From assembly GCA_016295275.1 (NCBI GenBank), contig JAEDLN010000001.1, forward strand, positions 2,165 to 66,164: a stretch of DNA of 64,000 nt, in the 5' to 3' direction. The position numbers and the translations under genes were made by a program. The DNA is from Kiritimatiellia bacterium. GTDB lineage: Bacteria; Verrucomicrobiota; Kiritimatiellia; RFP12; UBA3636. The notes beneath the pieces are model-generated. The model searched no databases, was not told the origin of the DNA, and saw only the letters and a list, made by a program, of their open reading frames with translations. Positions within the stretch are counted from its first letter, which is position 1. Each line of letters opens with the position of its first letter. Shown piece by piece: positions 30,114-40,208 of this stretch.

Positions 30114-32276
30114 TCATGCCATTTCCTGACCGCCCGGGGGCAGGGAAACGTTTCGTTCGGTACCGTCGGGCAATGTGATGGTTCCGGATTGCGTGTCGTT
30201 GGAGGAGTTTACGGCAATCATGCGCCCTGTCGTCGGGAAAAAGGCAACATCAATTGCAGGGTTGTCGGCCATCCACGGAATGCGTTCGCTCTCCCGCCCC
30301 GCCGCCCAAACGAGCGATTGCAGCAGGAGACGCGAATTTGAGCACGAATAGGGCAAGGAAGCAAAATAGACGGAACGCCCCTCCCCGTATACGTTCGCGG
30401 AACAGAGGATGTGTTTTCCCGCCGAAGCAAGCACGGTCGTAGCCGACGTACGCGGAAAGACGAAGGATTCGACGATTCCGAAATTCGCCGAATTCGCGGA
30501 CGCCGCCAACGAATGCGTTCGATCAATGGAAAACGACACCGGCACATTTTGGATACCGCGACCATCTTCATAGTCGACGCCAAGCACGTCGGCAAGGCGG
30601 AAGAAACGATCCGATGTGGGGTCGGCGGTGGGTCCGCGGCATCCGATGAAACCGCCTCCCTTTGCGACGAACGAGCGGACAGCCGAGGCAATTCTCTCAT
30701 CTCCCCACAGGTCGCCGCCGCTCCATGCGGTAAAGGCATCGCCATCGTTGATCAGAACATCGATGTCTGAAGGAACGCCATCGCGAATCTCCTCCATAGC
30801 GATAAAACGAACGGAAACTGGAAGCCCGGCGAGACACTCGAGGAGATTCGAACCGGCGACCTCCACGACATCCGTCCGCTTCTCAAAGAATTTCTGATCG
30901 CGACCGAAGCTGTTGATCCAGGCACGGGGCGTTCCCCATGCGTTGAGAACGCCGACACGAACCGGAATGTCGAGCGCCGGCGTACCTCCCGAGGTGTCGA
31001 GGATTTCACGGAATTGATCGCAAAGCGTCGCTACCCAATCGCAAAACGCTGGAAACTTCAGCGCTAACGAGGGATAGCCGCCCCAGCCAATGCGATCGAT
31101 CGGACGACGCAAAAGTGCACGACGAATCTTGAGCCAGTCGCCGCGCGACTCCGTCAACGGATCGCCGCCTTCCCGGAAGACGTCCGGAAAGAAGTAGGGG
31201 TACAGCCGGAGTTCCTTCGCCATGGTGCCCGGCGTATCCGACACCCGGCGCAACGCCACGCCATCCTCCGCCGCGCCGATATGAAGATCGATCCCCATTT
31301 TGGTGGGATTATCCGTGAAGGGTTCCAGACCGACCCAGTGATCGCCATGGAATACTGCCGCACGCTTCCCTGCCCGATGCACGCGCTGGCAGAGCTCACG
31401 GCCAAACCGCAACACGAATCGCTGGACGAACGACATCCAGTCACGCCAACGCGCTGAAGGTACGCCTCCGGTAGCATTGTTGCGGCCGGCATCCACAAAG
31501 TCCTCCGGCGTCAGACGATATCCGAATTGCGCCTCGAAATCATCCAACGCCTTCAGACTCACACATTCCTGATAGCCTGTCCAGTCTCGAAAAACATCCC
31601 GGCAATCGTGATCGAAGTCCACATTGAAGTGGTAGGCAAGAGACGTGAGTCGCACAATGGTCGTCTGAGGATGATCAGCCAACCAATTGTCGAAATATTC
31701 GAATAGGTAGTTCCAAACTTCCGGATAGTAGGGATCTACAGACCGGACGCGCTCGCGTGTCCATCCGTTGGTGAGGTGATTGTACATGCTTGTCGTGTCC
31801 CAGGCAACGGTGGCAAGGAAGGACACGGAATAGAGGTGCCCCGGACAGGCTCCAAGGACGCGAACCGCCTTTTTTGCGGGGTCGTAGACCCATTTCCCAT
31901 GTGGAACGGGAAGCTCCCCCGTCCGATCCATGACTTGCCAGAGGCTCGGTGTCGCGAGATCCTCGCGAATTTCGTACTTGAGCGGATGCAGACGTTCTAG
32001 AAGGGGAATTTCAAGCGTTTCCCCAAAGGCGGGCGCAGGGGTCGTCGACAGATACTTCATTGGCCAATATTCCGGATGGGCGCGCGTCCATTCCTCGTCG
32101 GCACGAACCAGACAAATTGTCGAATACACATCCAGTCCAAGCTCCAGCAGTTCGCTCGGCAGCGCGGTTCCATCGCAGTCGCGAACCGCATCCGCACCCC
32201 AGCGGCGAATCAGTTCGAGAGCAGATGCGCCCCCCCCCTTTTCAGTGGGCAAAGTAATGTGTCCTTTATGTTTCAC
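30114..32276 (-). CDS. 1,3-beta-galactosyl-N-acetylhexosamine phosphorylase (GH112 lacto-N-biose / galacto-N-biose phosphorylase)
   Basis: About 720 aa with colinear similarity to characterised GH112 LNBP: N-terminal KGHITLPTE, MYNHLTNGW, ALDDFEAQFGYRLTPEDFVDAG, FHGDHWVGLEPF, C-terminal TITLPDGTE. Confidence 0.8.
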   Translation of the reverse strand: MKHKGHITLPTEKGGGASALELIRRWGADAVRDCDGTALPSELLELGLDVYSTICLVRADEEWTRAHPEYWPMKYLSTTPAPAFGETLEIPLLERLHPLKYEIREDLATPSLWQVMDRTGELPVPHGKWVYDPAKKAVRVLGACPGHLYSVSFLATVAWDTTSMYNHLTNGWTRERVRSVDPYYPEVWNYLFEYFDNWLADHPQTTIVRLTSLAYHFNVDFDHDCRDVFRDWTGYQECVSLKALDDFEAQFGYRLTPEDFVDAGRNNATGGVPSARWRDWMSFVQRFVLRFGRELCQRVHRAGKRAAVFHGDHWVGLEPFTDNPTKMGIDLHIGAAEDGVALRRVSDTPGTMAKELRLYPYFFPDVFREGGDPLTESRGDWLKIRRALLRRPIDRIGWGGYPSLALKFPAFCDWVATLCDQFREILDTSGGTPALDIPVRVGVLNAWGTPRAWINSFGRDQKFFEKRTDVVEVAGSNLLECLAGLPVSVRFIAMEEIRDGVPSDIDVLINDGDAFTAWSGGDLWGDERIASAVRSFVAKGGGFIGCRGPTADPTSDRFFRLADVLGVDYEDGRGIQNVPVSFSIDRTHSLAASANSANFGIVESFVFPRTSATTVLASAGKHILCSANVYGEGRSVYFASLPYSCSNSRLLLQSLVWAAGRESERIPWMADNPAIDVAFFPTTGRMIAVNSSNDTQSGTITLPDGTERNVSLPPGGQEMA

Positions 32277-33740
32277 GTTTGTTTTTCTTCAAGTTTTTAC
32301 GGTTCGAAATGGAAAAGGGTCGTAGGATCATGCCATTCGCCGATTCGAATATCGCCGAATTCAACGATTTCGGCAAGGCGGAACGCAGTTTCTTCACGAC
32401 TGTCCATGTTGAACTGTTCGTTAGGCTTACAGGTTCCGGATGTGTAGTGGAACGGCTTGCCCGAGTTCTCCAAAAGAACCTTCCTCTCCCAAGGTCGGAA
32501 TGTGCGAGCATCTCGCCAATCCCCGTCATGTGAAGGAAACCTTGATCGAAGAAGAATGGAACCAAGTATACCGAAGATAGCCTTCGGTTCATAGCCTATT
32601 TTTCGATGTAGTGCCGAGAAGAGCCGAACGGTCAGCCTTCGGAAAGAAACTGACGCATCGGGATTGACGAAAACGGCGCTCGTGACTTTGTGATAACGAA
32701 GGCAAAATAGTGTGGGACGATTGTAACCTTGTTTTGGCAATGGAAAAGAAGCAGCCGAAAGTCCCCTGCTTGTTTTCCCCTCTCGCAGGAGACCCCTGCC
32801 GACATTGCTCGAAGAGGGGCTTTACGCTCTGATAGAGGCGCAAAGGAATGCATTTTCATCGGCTTACGGACATGAAAACAAAGTGAAACTCGTCCTGCCG
32901 ATTCTAATGGTCGGGAGAATTTGAAGCGTTGGCAAATGCGCACAGAACCGAATCATGACTGCGTATGAATAGATGCCCGCGGGCGAAAAGAATGACTGGC
33001 AACCATGTATCCGCCATTTGCAAAAACGCGCTAAAGAAGACGACGGTGAGATTCATTGGTCGGACGAAACCGCCGTCATGAATGCAGACGGTTGCGGCAG
33101 ATCGTACGCGCCCTCGCGACAAGTCTCCGCCGACCAAGACTCGTCGGCTTTATCTATGAATCTCTCCGTCGACAATCAGATGGAATGCTGTTGGATGATC
33201 GTCACCGAGACCTTTATTGCGAACGGACTGATCGAGTGCATGGGAAGCATCGAGAAGGACGTCGAGCGCAAGATTTTCCTTGTGATGGATAACCTCAAGG
33301 TTCATCATAGCAAACCGATAAACGAATGGTTCGAAACCCATGAACGGAGCCGGACGAGCGTCTATGCCAAATCTCACGCTCGCGATAACGACGACTGTTC
33401 CAAAGCGTGCGCAAAAAAGCACGCAAAGAAAAAGGAACGTCCGGCTACGGTGAAAGCTCCGCCAGACGGATAAAGTCAGTTTTCCAAAGACAGGCATGTT
33501 CGCCATGCCGCAGAATCAATGGGACTTATTGCCGGAGCAATATTGCATGGTTCTCATCCCGACTCGCGCCCGACCGTCATCCCATATGATGATACCGCAC
33601 GGCAGCTCGTGCCACCGCAGGTTACGCCCTTTTCCCTTTGACGCGTTTTCTGCGAAAAGACCTTGCGTGGACGAATGGAAAGGAGTATACTTAATGGCAC
33701 TAAAGTATTTTCGATCCTGACTGGGTCGTTTGGGAGTTTT
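32277..33740. other. Low-GC (AT-enriched) non-coding / decayed segment between GH112 and atpB
   Basis: Visibly lower GC than the flanks. Contains only unrecognisable ORFs and a transposase fragment. Confidence 0.5.
32973..33473 (+). mobile_element. IS630/Tc1-mariner family transposase remnant (C-terminal DDE domain fragment, no N-terminal HTH)
   Basis: IHWSDETAVMNADGCGRS ... FLVMDNLKVHHSKPINEWFETHE matches the IS630 DDE-domain pattern (I.F.DE...; ..DN...HKS..v.eWle). Only 166 aa with no HTH region, so likely a pseudogene. Confidence 0.5.
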
Positions 33741-33743
33741 TCT

Positions 33744-35045
33744 ATGACGAATACCGTTTACCATCGCATTGACGCTAGCTCCGGAAGTGTCGTAAGCCTT
33801 CGCGCCGAAGGTGTCAAATATCACGAATTGGCCGAAATCTCCTCTCGCGGAATCACTTCGTTGGCGCAGGTCATCAAGGTGGACGGCGACCATGTTTCCT
33901 TGCAAGTCTTCGCCGGTGCCCGCGGTATCGCAACCGACGCCCGTGTCCGTTTTCTCGGGCATTCCATGCAGGTTTCGGCAACCGACAACTTGCTCGGCCG
34001 CGTTTTCGACGGCGGCGGAAATCCCCGCGACAAAGGGCCTGCCCTTCAGGAAAATCTCATCGAAATCGGCGGTCCCTCCGTCAACCCCGCTAAGCGCATC
34101 ATTCCTCGTAACATGGTGCGTACGGGTATCCCGATGATCGATGTCTTCAACTCGCTGGTCGAAAGCCAAAAGCTCCCGATCTTCGCAAAGTCCGGCGAAC
34201 CCTACAACGAACTGCTTGCCCGAATCGCCCTCCAAGCGGAAACCGATGTCATCATCCTAGGCGGAATGGGGCTCAAGAATGATGACTACCTCTACTTCCG
34301 CGATACGCTCGACGCCTCCGGCGCCCTTTCCCGTACCGTCATGTTCGTCCATACGGCCGCCGATCCCGTCGTCGAATGCATGCTCGTTCCCGATCTGTCG
34401 CTCGCCGTCGCCGAACAATTCGCACTCAAAGGAAAGAAGGTGCTCGTCCTCCTGACCGATATGACGTCTTTCGCAGACGCTCTCAAGGAGGTCGCAATCA
34501 CCATGGAGCAAATCCCATCCAACCGCGGATACCCGGGAGACCTTTACTCGCAGCTCGCTGCCCGCTACGAAAAGGCGGTCGACTTCGAAGGTGCCGGTTC
34601 CATTACCATTCTTGCCGTCACGACAATGCCCGGCGGCGATGTCACCCACCCCGTGCCCGACAACACCGGCTATATTACGGAAGGCCAGTTCTACCTCTCC
34701 TCCGGTCATATCGAGCCCTTCGGATCCCTTTCCCGTCTCAAACAGCAGGTCAACAAAACGTCCCGCGCGGACCATCGCACGATCATGGATACCATGATCC
34801 AGCTCTTTGCCCAATATCGCTCCACCCTCGAAAAACAGTCGATGGGCTTCCGCATGACGACATGGGATGAAAAGCTTCTCAAGTACGGTCACCGGTTCGA
34901 AACCGAAATGATGGATATCTCCGTCAATATTCCCCTCGAAAAAGCCCTTGATCTCGGATGGGAAATCCTCGCAGACTGTTTCGATCCTTCCGAAACCGGC
35001 ATCCGCTCCGAAATGATTGAAAAGTACTGGCCGAAAAAGGCGTAA
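33744..35045 (+). CDS. atpB: V-type ATP synthase subunit B
   Basis: Motifs of the A/V-type non-catalytic B subunit ([63 protein letters not shown]). GGGAG RBS 8 nt upstream of the ATG at 33744. Confidence 0.9.
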   Translation: MTNTVYHRIDASSGSVVSLRAEGVKYHELAEISSRGITSLAQVIKVDGDHVSLQVFAGARGIATDARVRFLGHSMQVSATDNLLGRVFDGGGNPRDKGPALQENLIEIGGPSVNPAKRIIPRNMVRTGIPMIDVFNSLVESQKLPIFAKSGEPYNELLARIALQAETDVIILGGMGLKNDDYLYFRDTLDASGALSRTVMFVHTAADPVVECMLVPDLSLAVAEQFALKGKKVLVLLTDMTSFADALKEVAITMEQIPSNRGYPGDLYSQLAARYEKAVDFEGAGSITILAVTTMPGGDVTHPVPDNTGYITEGQFYLSSGHIEPFGSLSRLKQQVNKTSRADHRTIMDTMIQLFAQYRSTLEKQSMGFRMTTWDEKLLKYGHRFETEMMDISVNIPLEKALDLGWEILADCFDPSETGIRSEMIEKYWPKKA

Positions 35046-35093
35046 ACCCGCTTCTCGACTCGACGCGCATCCTGTTAAGAGAGGAGTCCGCCA

Positions 35094-35729
35094 ATGGCAA
35101 AAGTAAAACTGACAAAAACGGAGTTGAAGGCCCAGAAAGATGCATTGGCCCGTTACCAGCGATTCCTGCCCATGCTCCAACTCAAGAAATCCCAGCTTCA
35201 GATGGAACTGCAGGGGATGCGTGCCCGCGCCGATGAAATCACCCGGCAACAGGAGGCTCTCCGAAAGGAAATGAATGCTTGGATCGGTCTTTTTGCAGAC
35301 GAATCCGCCAAAATCCCCCTGACCGTCGAAAAGGTCCGCCTTCACAGCGGTAATATCGCCGGTGTCGTTATCCCGATCTTCGATGGTATTGACGTGCATC
35401 GGGAGGAAATCGATTTGTTTGAAACCCCCGCCTGGATCGATGACGCTGCAGATGCCGCAGAACGCTTGATTGCGTTGCGCGCCGAACGGGACGTCGCTCT
35501 CCGCCAGGTCGAATTGATCGCCGAGGAACTCCGTACCACGTCCCAGCGCGTGAATCTCTTCGAAAAAGTGAAAATTCCGGAGTGCAAGGAAAACATCCGA
35601 GTGATCAATGTCGCAATCGGAGATGAACAAACCTCCGCCGTCGCCCGCGGTAAAATCGCAAAGGGACGTGGAAAAACCTCTCCCGAAACAGACGCGCCGT
35701 CGTCTCTAGAAAAGGAGGTCTCCAAATGA
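35094..35729 (+). CDS. atpD: V-type ATP synthase subunit D
   Basis: MAKVKLTKTELKAQKDALARYQRFLPMLQLKKSQLQ is the canonical V-ATPase D N-terminus. About 211 aa. Confidence 0.85.
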   Translation: MAKVKLTKTELKAQKDALARYQRFLPMLQLKKSQLQMELQGMRARADEITRQQEALRKEMNAWIGLFADESAKIPLTVEKVRLHSGNIAGVVIPIFDGIDVHREEIDLFETPAWIDDAADAAERLIALRAERDVALRQVELIAEELRTTSQRVNLFEKVKIPECKENIRVINVAIGDEQTSAVARGKIAKGRGKTSPETDAPSSLEKEVSK

Positions 35730-37609
35730 TCGTCCCATTGAAACAAGTAACGCTTTTCTGCCTGGAAAAGGATAAAAACGAAACGCTCGCACGGCTCGCA
35801 GATTTGGGAATGATTCACATCCTGACCGACGCCGCTGCCCCCGAGAGCCCCGGACGGACTCGCGCACATGATGATGCCGCAGCCGCCGAACGCGCCGTAA
35901 ATGCCATCCGGAGCGCCGCAGCCTTGAAGCCCGGACAAAGCCACACGCTCGCCCTTCGAAAGATTTCCGTTCGCTTGAATGGCACTACACCGGAACCGGT
36001 TCGCCGCGCGAATGCGCTCGCCGATGCCTGTTGCGAAGCGTCCGAAGAAGCCGATGCTCTCGACAAAACAATTGCCCGATACGCCCCGTTCGGTTCCTTC
36101 GATCCCTCTCTCGCACAAAACATCAAAAAACAAATCGGCCGATCCGTCTTTCTCTTTTCCGCTCCGGAAAAAATGGTGATGCCGACAGTCGAAGACGGAT
36201 GGGTCGATATTCTCTCCGCCAATGATTCCGAAAAGACCGTTTATGGTGTTTTCATCGGAAAATCACTCCCCGAGGGACTCGATCCAATCGCTCTTCCCGT
36301 CGAACCGCTCGACCGGACTCGCTCCCGGTTCAAAGAGGCAATGTGCCGCAAAATCAAGGCCGTGGAAGCACTCGCCGCCATGAAAAGCGAGCTTCCCGTA
36401 ATTGAAGAGGCCGCCAAATCCGCCGCCGAGGCAAATTCATTTGCACTCGCGCTTGAGGCCATGAAGGACGTCGGACCTATCGCTCATATCACCGGATATG
36501 TGGATGCCCGTAAGTGCGAAAAACTGCTTGAAGAAGCACGGGAACAAGGATGGGGTATCTTTCTCCGCGATCCGCTTCCCGAAGAAAATCCGCCGACCCT
36601 GCTCGAACCGCCGAAAGTTTTTCGTCCGGTTCTGGCAATCTTCAAGGGGCTTGGAATCTTGCCTTGCTACACGGAAACCGATATTTCCGTTCCCTTTTAC
36701 GCGTTTTTCACCATCTTCTTCGCTATGCTGATCGGCGATGCCGGGTACGGGGCAATCATCTTGGCGCTTACGTTTTTCGGCCACCGCTCTCTTAAAAAGA
36801 AGTTCGGCGTTAATATCCCGGAACTCGCCAAAGGCGCACTTACGCTTTTCTATGTCTTCAGCTTCGCGACGATCGCCTACGGACTCCTTACCGCTACCAT
36901 CTTCGGCATGCCGCAGACATGGCTCCCTGCCTCCTATGCGGCTCTTCCCGTCGTGCAGTGGTTCGCCGATATGAACAATGTGATGTTGCTCTGCTTCCTG
37001 CTTGGTGCCATCCATTTGTCGATTGCGCGTCTCTGGAATGCGGTCTCGCTCTTTCCCGATACGAAATTTCTCGCCGAAATCGGTTGGACCGGAATCGTTT
37101 GGAGCATGTTCTTTATCATCTCTTCTCTCGTTGTCAAAGGATTCCAACAACCGGCCTGCACCATCCCGTTGCTGGTTGTTTCAATCCTCCTGACAGCCCT
37201 GTTCATGCTCCACAGGAATGAGCTCAAGTCAAACGGGGTCAGCCTGGGGATGCTGCCGCTCAATATCATCTCTTCCATGGGCGATATCATTTCCTATCTG
37301 CGCCTCTACGCCGTTGGTCTCGCTTCCGTCAAAGTCGCGGAAAACTTCGATACTATGGCCGCAGGTATCGAGCTTCCGATCTATGCAAAAATTCCCGTCA
37401 TGATCCTCATTCTTGCCGCCGGCCACGCCATCAACTTCGCAATGGGCGGACTTTCCATCCTCGTCCATGCCGTGCGATTGAATACGTTGGAATTCTCGGG
37501 CGCAAAAGGGGTAACATGGGGCGGATATGAATTCCAATCCTTTACGGCCAAGAAACCGGACTCCCTGCCGGAGCTGGAAAACGCTCTTCCGAACGGAAGC
37601 AAAGCATAA
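35726..37609 (+). CDS. atpI: V-type ATP synthase subunit I (a-subunit, 116 kDa type)
   Basis: ATGA overlap with atpD. N-terminal cytoplasmic domain plus C-terminal multi-TM domain, 627 aa, consistent with V-ATPase I. Confidence 0.8.
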   Translation: MIVPLKQVTLFCLEKDKNETLARLADLGMIHILTDAAAPESPGRTRAHDDAAAAERAVNAIRSAAALKPGQSHTLALRKISVRLNGTTPEPVRRANALADACCEASEEADALDKTIARYAPFGSFDPSLAQNIKKQIGRSVFLFSAPEKMVMPTVEDGWVDILSANDSEKTVYGVFIGKSLPEGLDPIALPVEPLDRTRSRFKEAMCRKIKAVEALAAMKSELPVIEEAAKSAAEANSFALALEAMKDVGPIAHITGYVDARKCEKLLEEAREQGWGIFLRDPLPEENPPTLLEPPKVFRPVLAIFKGLGILPCYTETDISVPFYAFFTIFFAMLIGDAGYGAIILALTFFGHRSLKKKFGVNIPELAKGALTLFYVFSFATIAYGLLTATIFGMPQTWLPASYAALPVVQWFADMNNVMLLCFLLGAIHLSIARLWNAVSLFPDTKFLAEIGWTGIVWSMFFIISSLVVKGFQQPACTIPLLVVSILLTALFMLHRNELKSNGVSLGMLPLNIISSMGDIISYLRLYAVGLASVKVAENFDTMAAGIELPIYAKIPVMILILAAGHAINFAMGGLSILVHAVRLNTLEFSGAKGVTWGGYEFQSFTAKKPDSLPELENALPNGSKA

Positions 37610-37655
37610 CCATTTCACTCTTTCATAAACAAATTCCACTAAGGAGTAACTAATC

Positions 37656-38138
37656 ATGAGTCCCGAAATCAACACCGCACTGGGTATCGCCGGTGCCGTT
37701 ATCGCCCTTGGTCTGAGTGCTTTCGGTTCCGCACTCGGAACCGGAAAAGCCGCAGCATCCGCTATCGGTGCGTGGAAAAAGTGCTTTGCACAAGGAAAGC
37801 AGGCCCCCTTCGTTTTGCTTTCCTATGTCGGCGCCCCCATTACCCAAACCCTCTACGGCATGATCCTCATGTTCAAGATGGTCGGTACCGCCCAGGATCC
37901 GAATGCGCTTCCCGGAACCGGTATCGCACTCGTCATCCTCGGACTCTTTGCCGGCATCGCCATCGGAACCTCGGCTTTCTTGCAGGGGCTCGCCGCCGCA
38001 GGTGCCGCCGATTCCCAGGCGGAAACTGGCAACGGTCTCGCCAACAACATGTCCGCCCTCGGCATCGTCGAAACGACTGCGATCTTCGCCATGGTCTTTA
38101 CCTATTTGGCCGTTGGCAATCTCGTTGCCGACGCATAA
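37656..38138 (+). CDS. atpK: V-type ATP synthase subunit K (proteolipid c-ring)
   Basis: 160 aa, four hydrophobic helices, Gly/Ala-rich ALGIAGAVIALGLSAFGSALGTG pattern. Confidence 0.8.
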   Translation: MSPEINTALGIAGAVIALGLSAFGSALGTGKAAASAIGAWKKCFAQGKQAPFVLLSYVGAPITQTLYGMILMFKMVGTAQDPNALPGTGIALVILGLFAGIAIGTSAFLQGLAAAGAADSQAETGNGLANNMSALGIVETTAIFAMVFTYLAVGNLVADA

Positions 38139-38170
38139 TCATCGAAGCCGGAAACGATCGTTTCCGAATC

Positions 38171-38389
38171 ATGTCCATGCAGTTGAAAAAACGACTCTAC
38201 CGGACAGAAGGTCCTGATGCCATGATCGCCGGCGTATGCGGCGGTCTGGCAGAGTATTGGAATATCGATCCGGTTTTCGTTCGATTCGCTACTTTGGTTC
38301 TCGTTCTGTGCGCCAGTGTCGGGGTCTGGATTTACCTTGCCGGAATCTTGATTATTCCCAGAAAAAGCAATCTGAATTCCCGATTCTGA
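38171..38389 (+). CDS. PspC-domain small membrane protein
   Basis: MSMQLKKRLYRTEGPDAMIAGVCGGLAEYWNIDPVFVRFATLVLVL matches the PspC N-terminal domain. About 72 aa. Confidence 0.65.
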   Translation: MSMQLKKRLYRTEGPDAMIAGVCGGLAEYWNIDPVFVRFATLVLVLCASVGVWIYLAGILIIPRKSNLNSRF

Positions 38390-38746
38390 TAGCCCGGACA
38401 TGTAGAGTGCCTGACGGTTTCTCCGGCATTTCGTTTCGTTTGCCATCGTACGTTTGGATTTTCCTCCTTTCGTGCGGTGGTGTTTCCTTTTCGGCGATTC
38501 TTCCTTGCCCCTAGCGTCTGTTCCGGAAAATCGCAAATGCAATGCACCTTGCAACAAAGGGAAAACGAACCGTTTACGGACTTTCCCAAAACCATCGGCC
38601 CCGCTTGTGTAGCAATCCCAATGCCCGTTTTATCTCCTTTTCAGCCCTACCAAGCGTTACGATTTCGGGTTCATTGCATTGTACCCGGCTCTCGCGATAA
38701 TCGCCGTATTATGGTAGAATGAGACCAACCGATACCGTTTGCTCAT

Positions 38747-39271
38747 ATGAATCTTCCCAACAAACTAACGCTCCTTCGAATTCTCCTGATTCCTCTCTTT
38801 TTGGGCGTCCTATATGCGGATATTTCACATGCCAAACCGCTTGCATTGGCCATCTTCTTGCTCGCAAGCGCAACCGATTGGCTGGATGGGTTTCTCGCTA
38901 GAAGACTCCGGCTTATTACCGATTTCGGAAAATTCGCGGATCCTTTGGCGGATAAAATGCTCGTGACGGCGGCCATGCTCTGGAATGTCCAAACCGGGCT
39001 GATGCCCGCATGGATCGTCCTTGTGGTGATCTGCCGCGAATTCGCCGTATCCGGACTGCGAATGATGGCTGCCTCGAAAGGCATCGTTCTCGCTGCCGCC
39101 TTCTCCGGGAAAATCAAAACGGCGGCAACCATGCTCTGCCTCTGTCTGTATTTCCTGCCGGAATTCTTCAATGGCGAATGGATCGTCTGCAACTGGATTA
39201 TTCTCCTGACAACGCTTTACTCTGGCGTTGAATACTTTACGAAAAACAGGAAGCTCATCGCCTCCTGCTAA
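38747..39271 (+). CDS. pgsA: CDP-diacylglycerol--glycerol-3-phosphate 3-phosphatidyltransferase
   Basis: MNLPNKLTLLRILLIPLF and CDP-alcohol phosphatidyltransferase motif ATDWLDGFLARR...DPLADKML. Confidence 0.9.
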   Translation: MNLPNKLTLLRILLIPLFLGVLYADISHAKPLALAIFLLASATDWLDGFLARRLRLITDFGKFADPLADKMLVTAAMLWNVQTGLMPAWIVLVVICREFAVSGLRMMAASKGIVLAAAFSGKIKTAATMLCLCLYFLPEFFNGEWIVCNWIILLTTLYSGVEYFTKNRKLIASC

Positions 39272-39290
39272 CTTAAAACGAGACCCCGCA

Positions 39291-40094
39291 ATGCCCCGTT
39301 TTCGCGCAACAATCGCTTACGATGGAACCGATTTCCACGGTTGGCAAAAACAGCCCGGCTTCCGCACCGTCCAAGAAGAAATCGAAACAGCTCTCCTGCC
39401 CCTCTCTCCAAACGCGGCGCCTGTCCATGTTCATGGCTCTGGTCGTACCGATGCAGGCGTTCACGCCCGCGGCCAAGTTGCTCATTTCGATCTCGATCGG
39501 AATATCCCCGTAAACTCCCTGCGTCGCGCTCTCAACGATAAACTCACACCCGATGTGCGAATCCTGGAAGCCGCCCCCTGCGACCCCCTCTTCGATGCGC
39601 AACGCTCCGCACACGCCAAAGAATATCGCTATCGAATCTGGAATGCCGAAGTCGTCGATCCATCGCTTCGACGTCATCGCGGCCATGTCGGACGTGCCCT
39701 CGATGTGGATGCCATGCGCCGCGCGGCACGTGACTTCGTAGGCGAACATGACTTTGCCGCTTTCTCCGCAAACCCGCAACGCGAAATCGAATCGACCGTG
39801 CGCCACATCTTTTCTCTGGAGGTGCATGCGGATTTGCCGGAAATTGAAATCCGTGTCATCGGAAACGGATTCCTGTATAAAATGGTTCGCTCCATCTCCG
39901 GTTATTTGATCTCAGTCGGTATGCACCGAGCCCCGGCCGACTCCGTCCCTGCCGTTATTCAATCAAAAATCCGTACGGCTCGCGTCGAAACCGCCCCCGC
40001 TCAAGGCCTCTTCCTTTGGCAAGTCTGGTACGATCAAGGTGAACGGTTGCGAATGGAAAGAGACCTTTTTCCAACCTATTCGGCACTGCGCTGA
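39291..40094 (+). CDS. truA: tRNA pseudouridine(38-40) synthase
   Basis: RFRATIAYDGTDFHGWQKQPG and catalytic GSGRTDAGVHARGQVAHFD. Confidence 0.9.
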   Translation: MPRFRATIAYDGTDFHGWQKQPGFRTVQEEIETALLPLSPNAAPVHVHGSGRTDAGVHARGQVAHFDLDRNIPVNSLRRALNDKLTPDVRILEAAPCDPLFDAQRSAHAKEYRYRIWNAEVVDPSLRRHRGHVGRALDVDAMRRAARDFVGEHDFAAFSANPQREIESTVRHIFSLEVHADLPEIEIRVIGNGFLYKMVRSISGYLISVGMHRAPADSVPAVIQSKIRTARVETAPAQGLFLWQVWYDQGERLRMERDLFPTYSALR

Positions 40095-40208
40095 AAATAA
40101 AATGAACCTCCATAAAAAATAGTGAATAAAGATTCAAACTTCCACGTCTATTCCTACGTAGCGAAATCGCAATCCTGTTATTCACCAATAGTTCAAAAGG
40201 AGTCTGCT

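Noticed and set aside
32279-32943. ORFs in the low-GC segment (e.g. 32297-32740 minus, 147 aa)
   Set aside because: No recognisable motifs. Composition suggests decayed/non-coding DNA. Kept only as part of the low-GC island.
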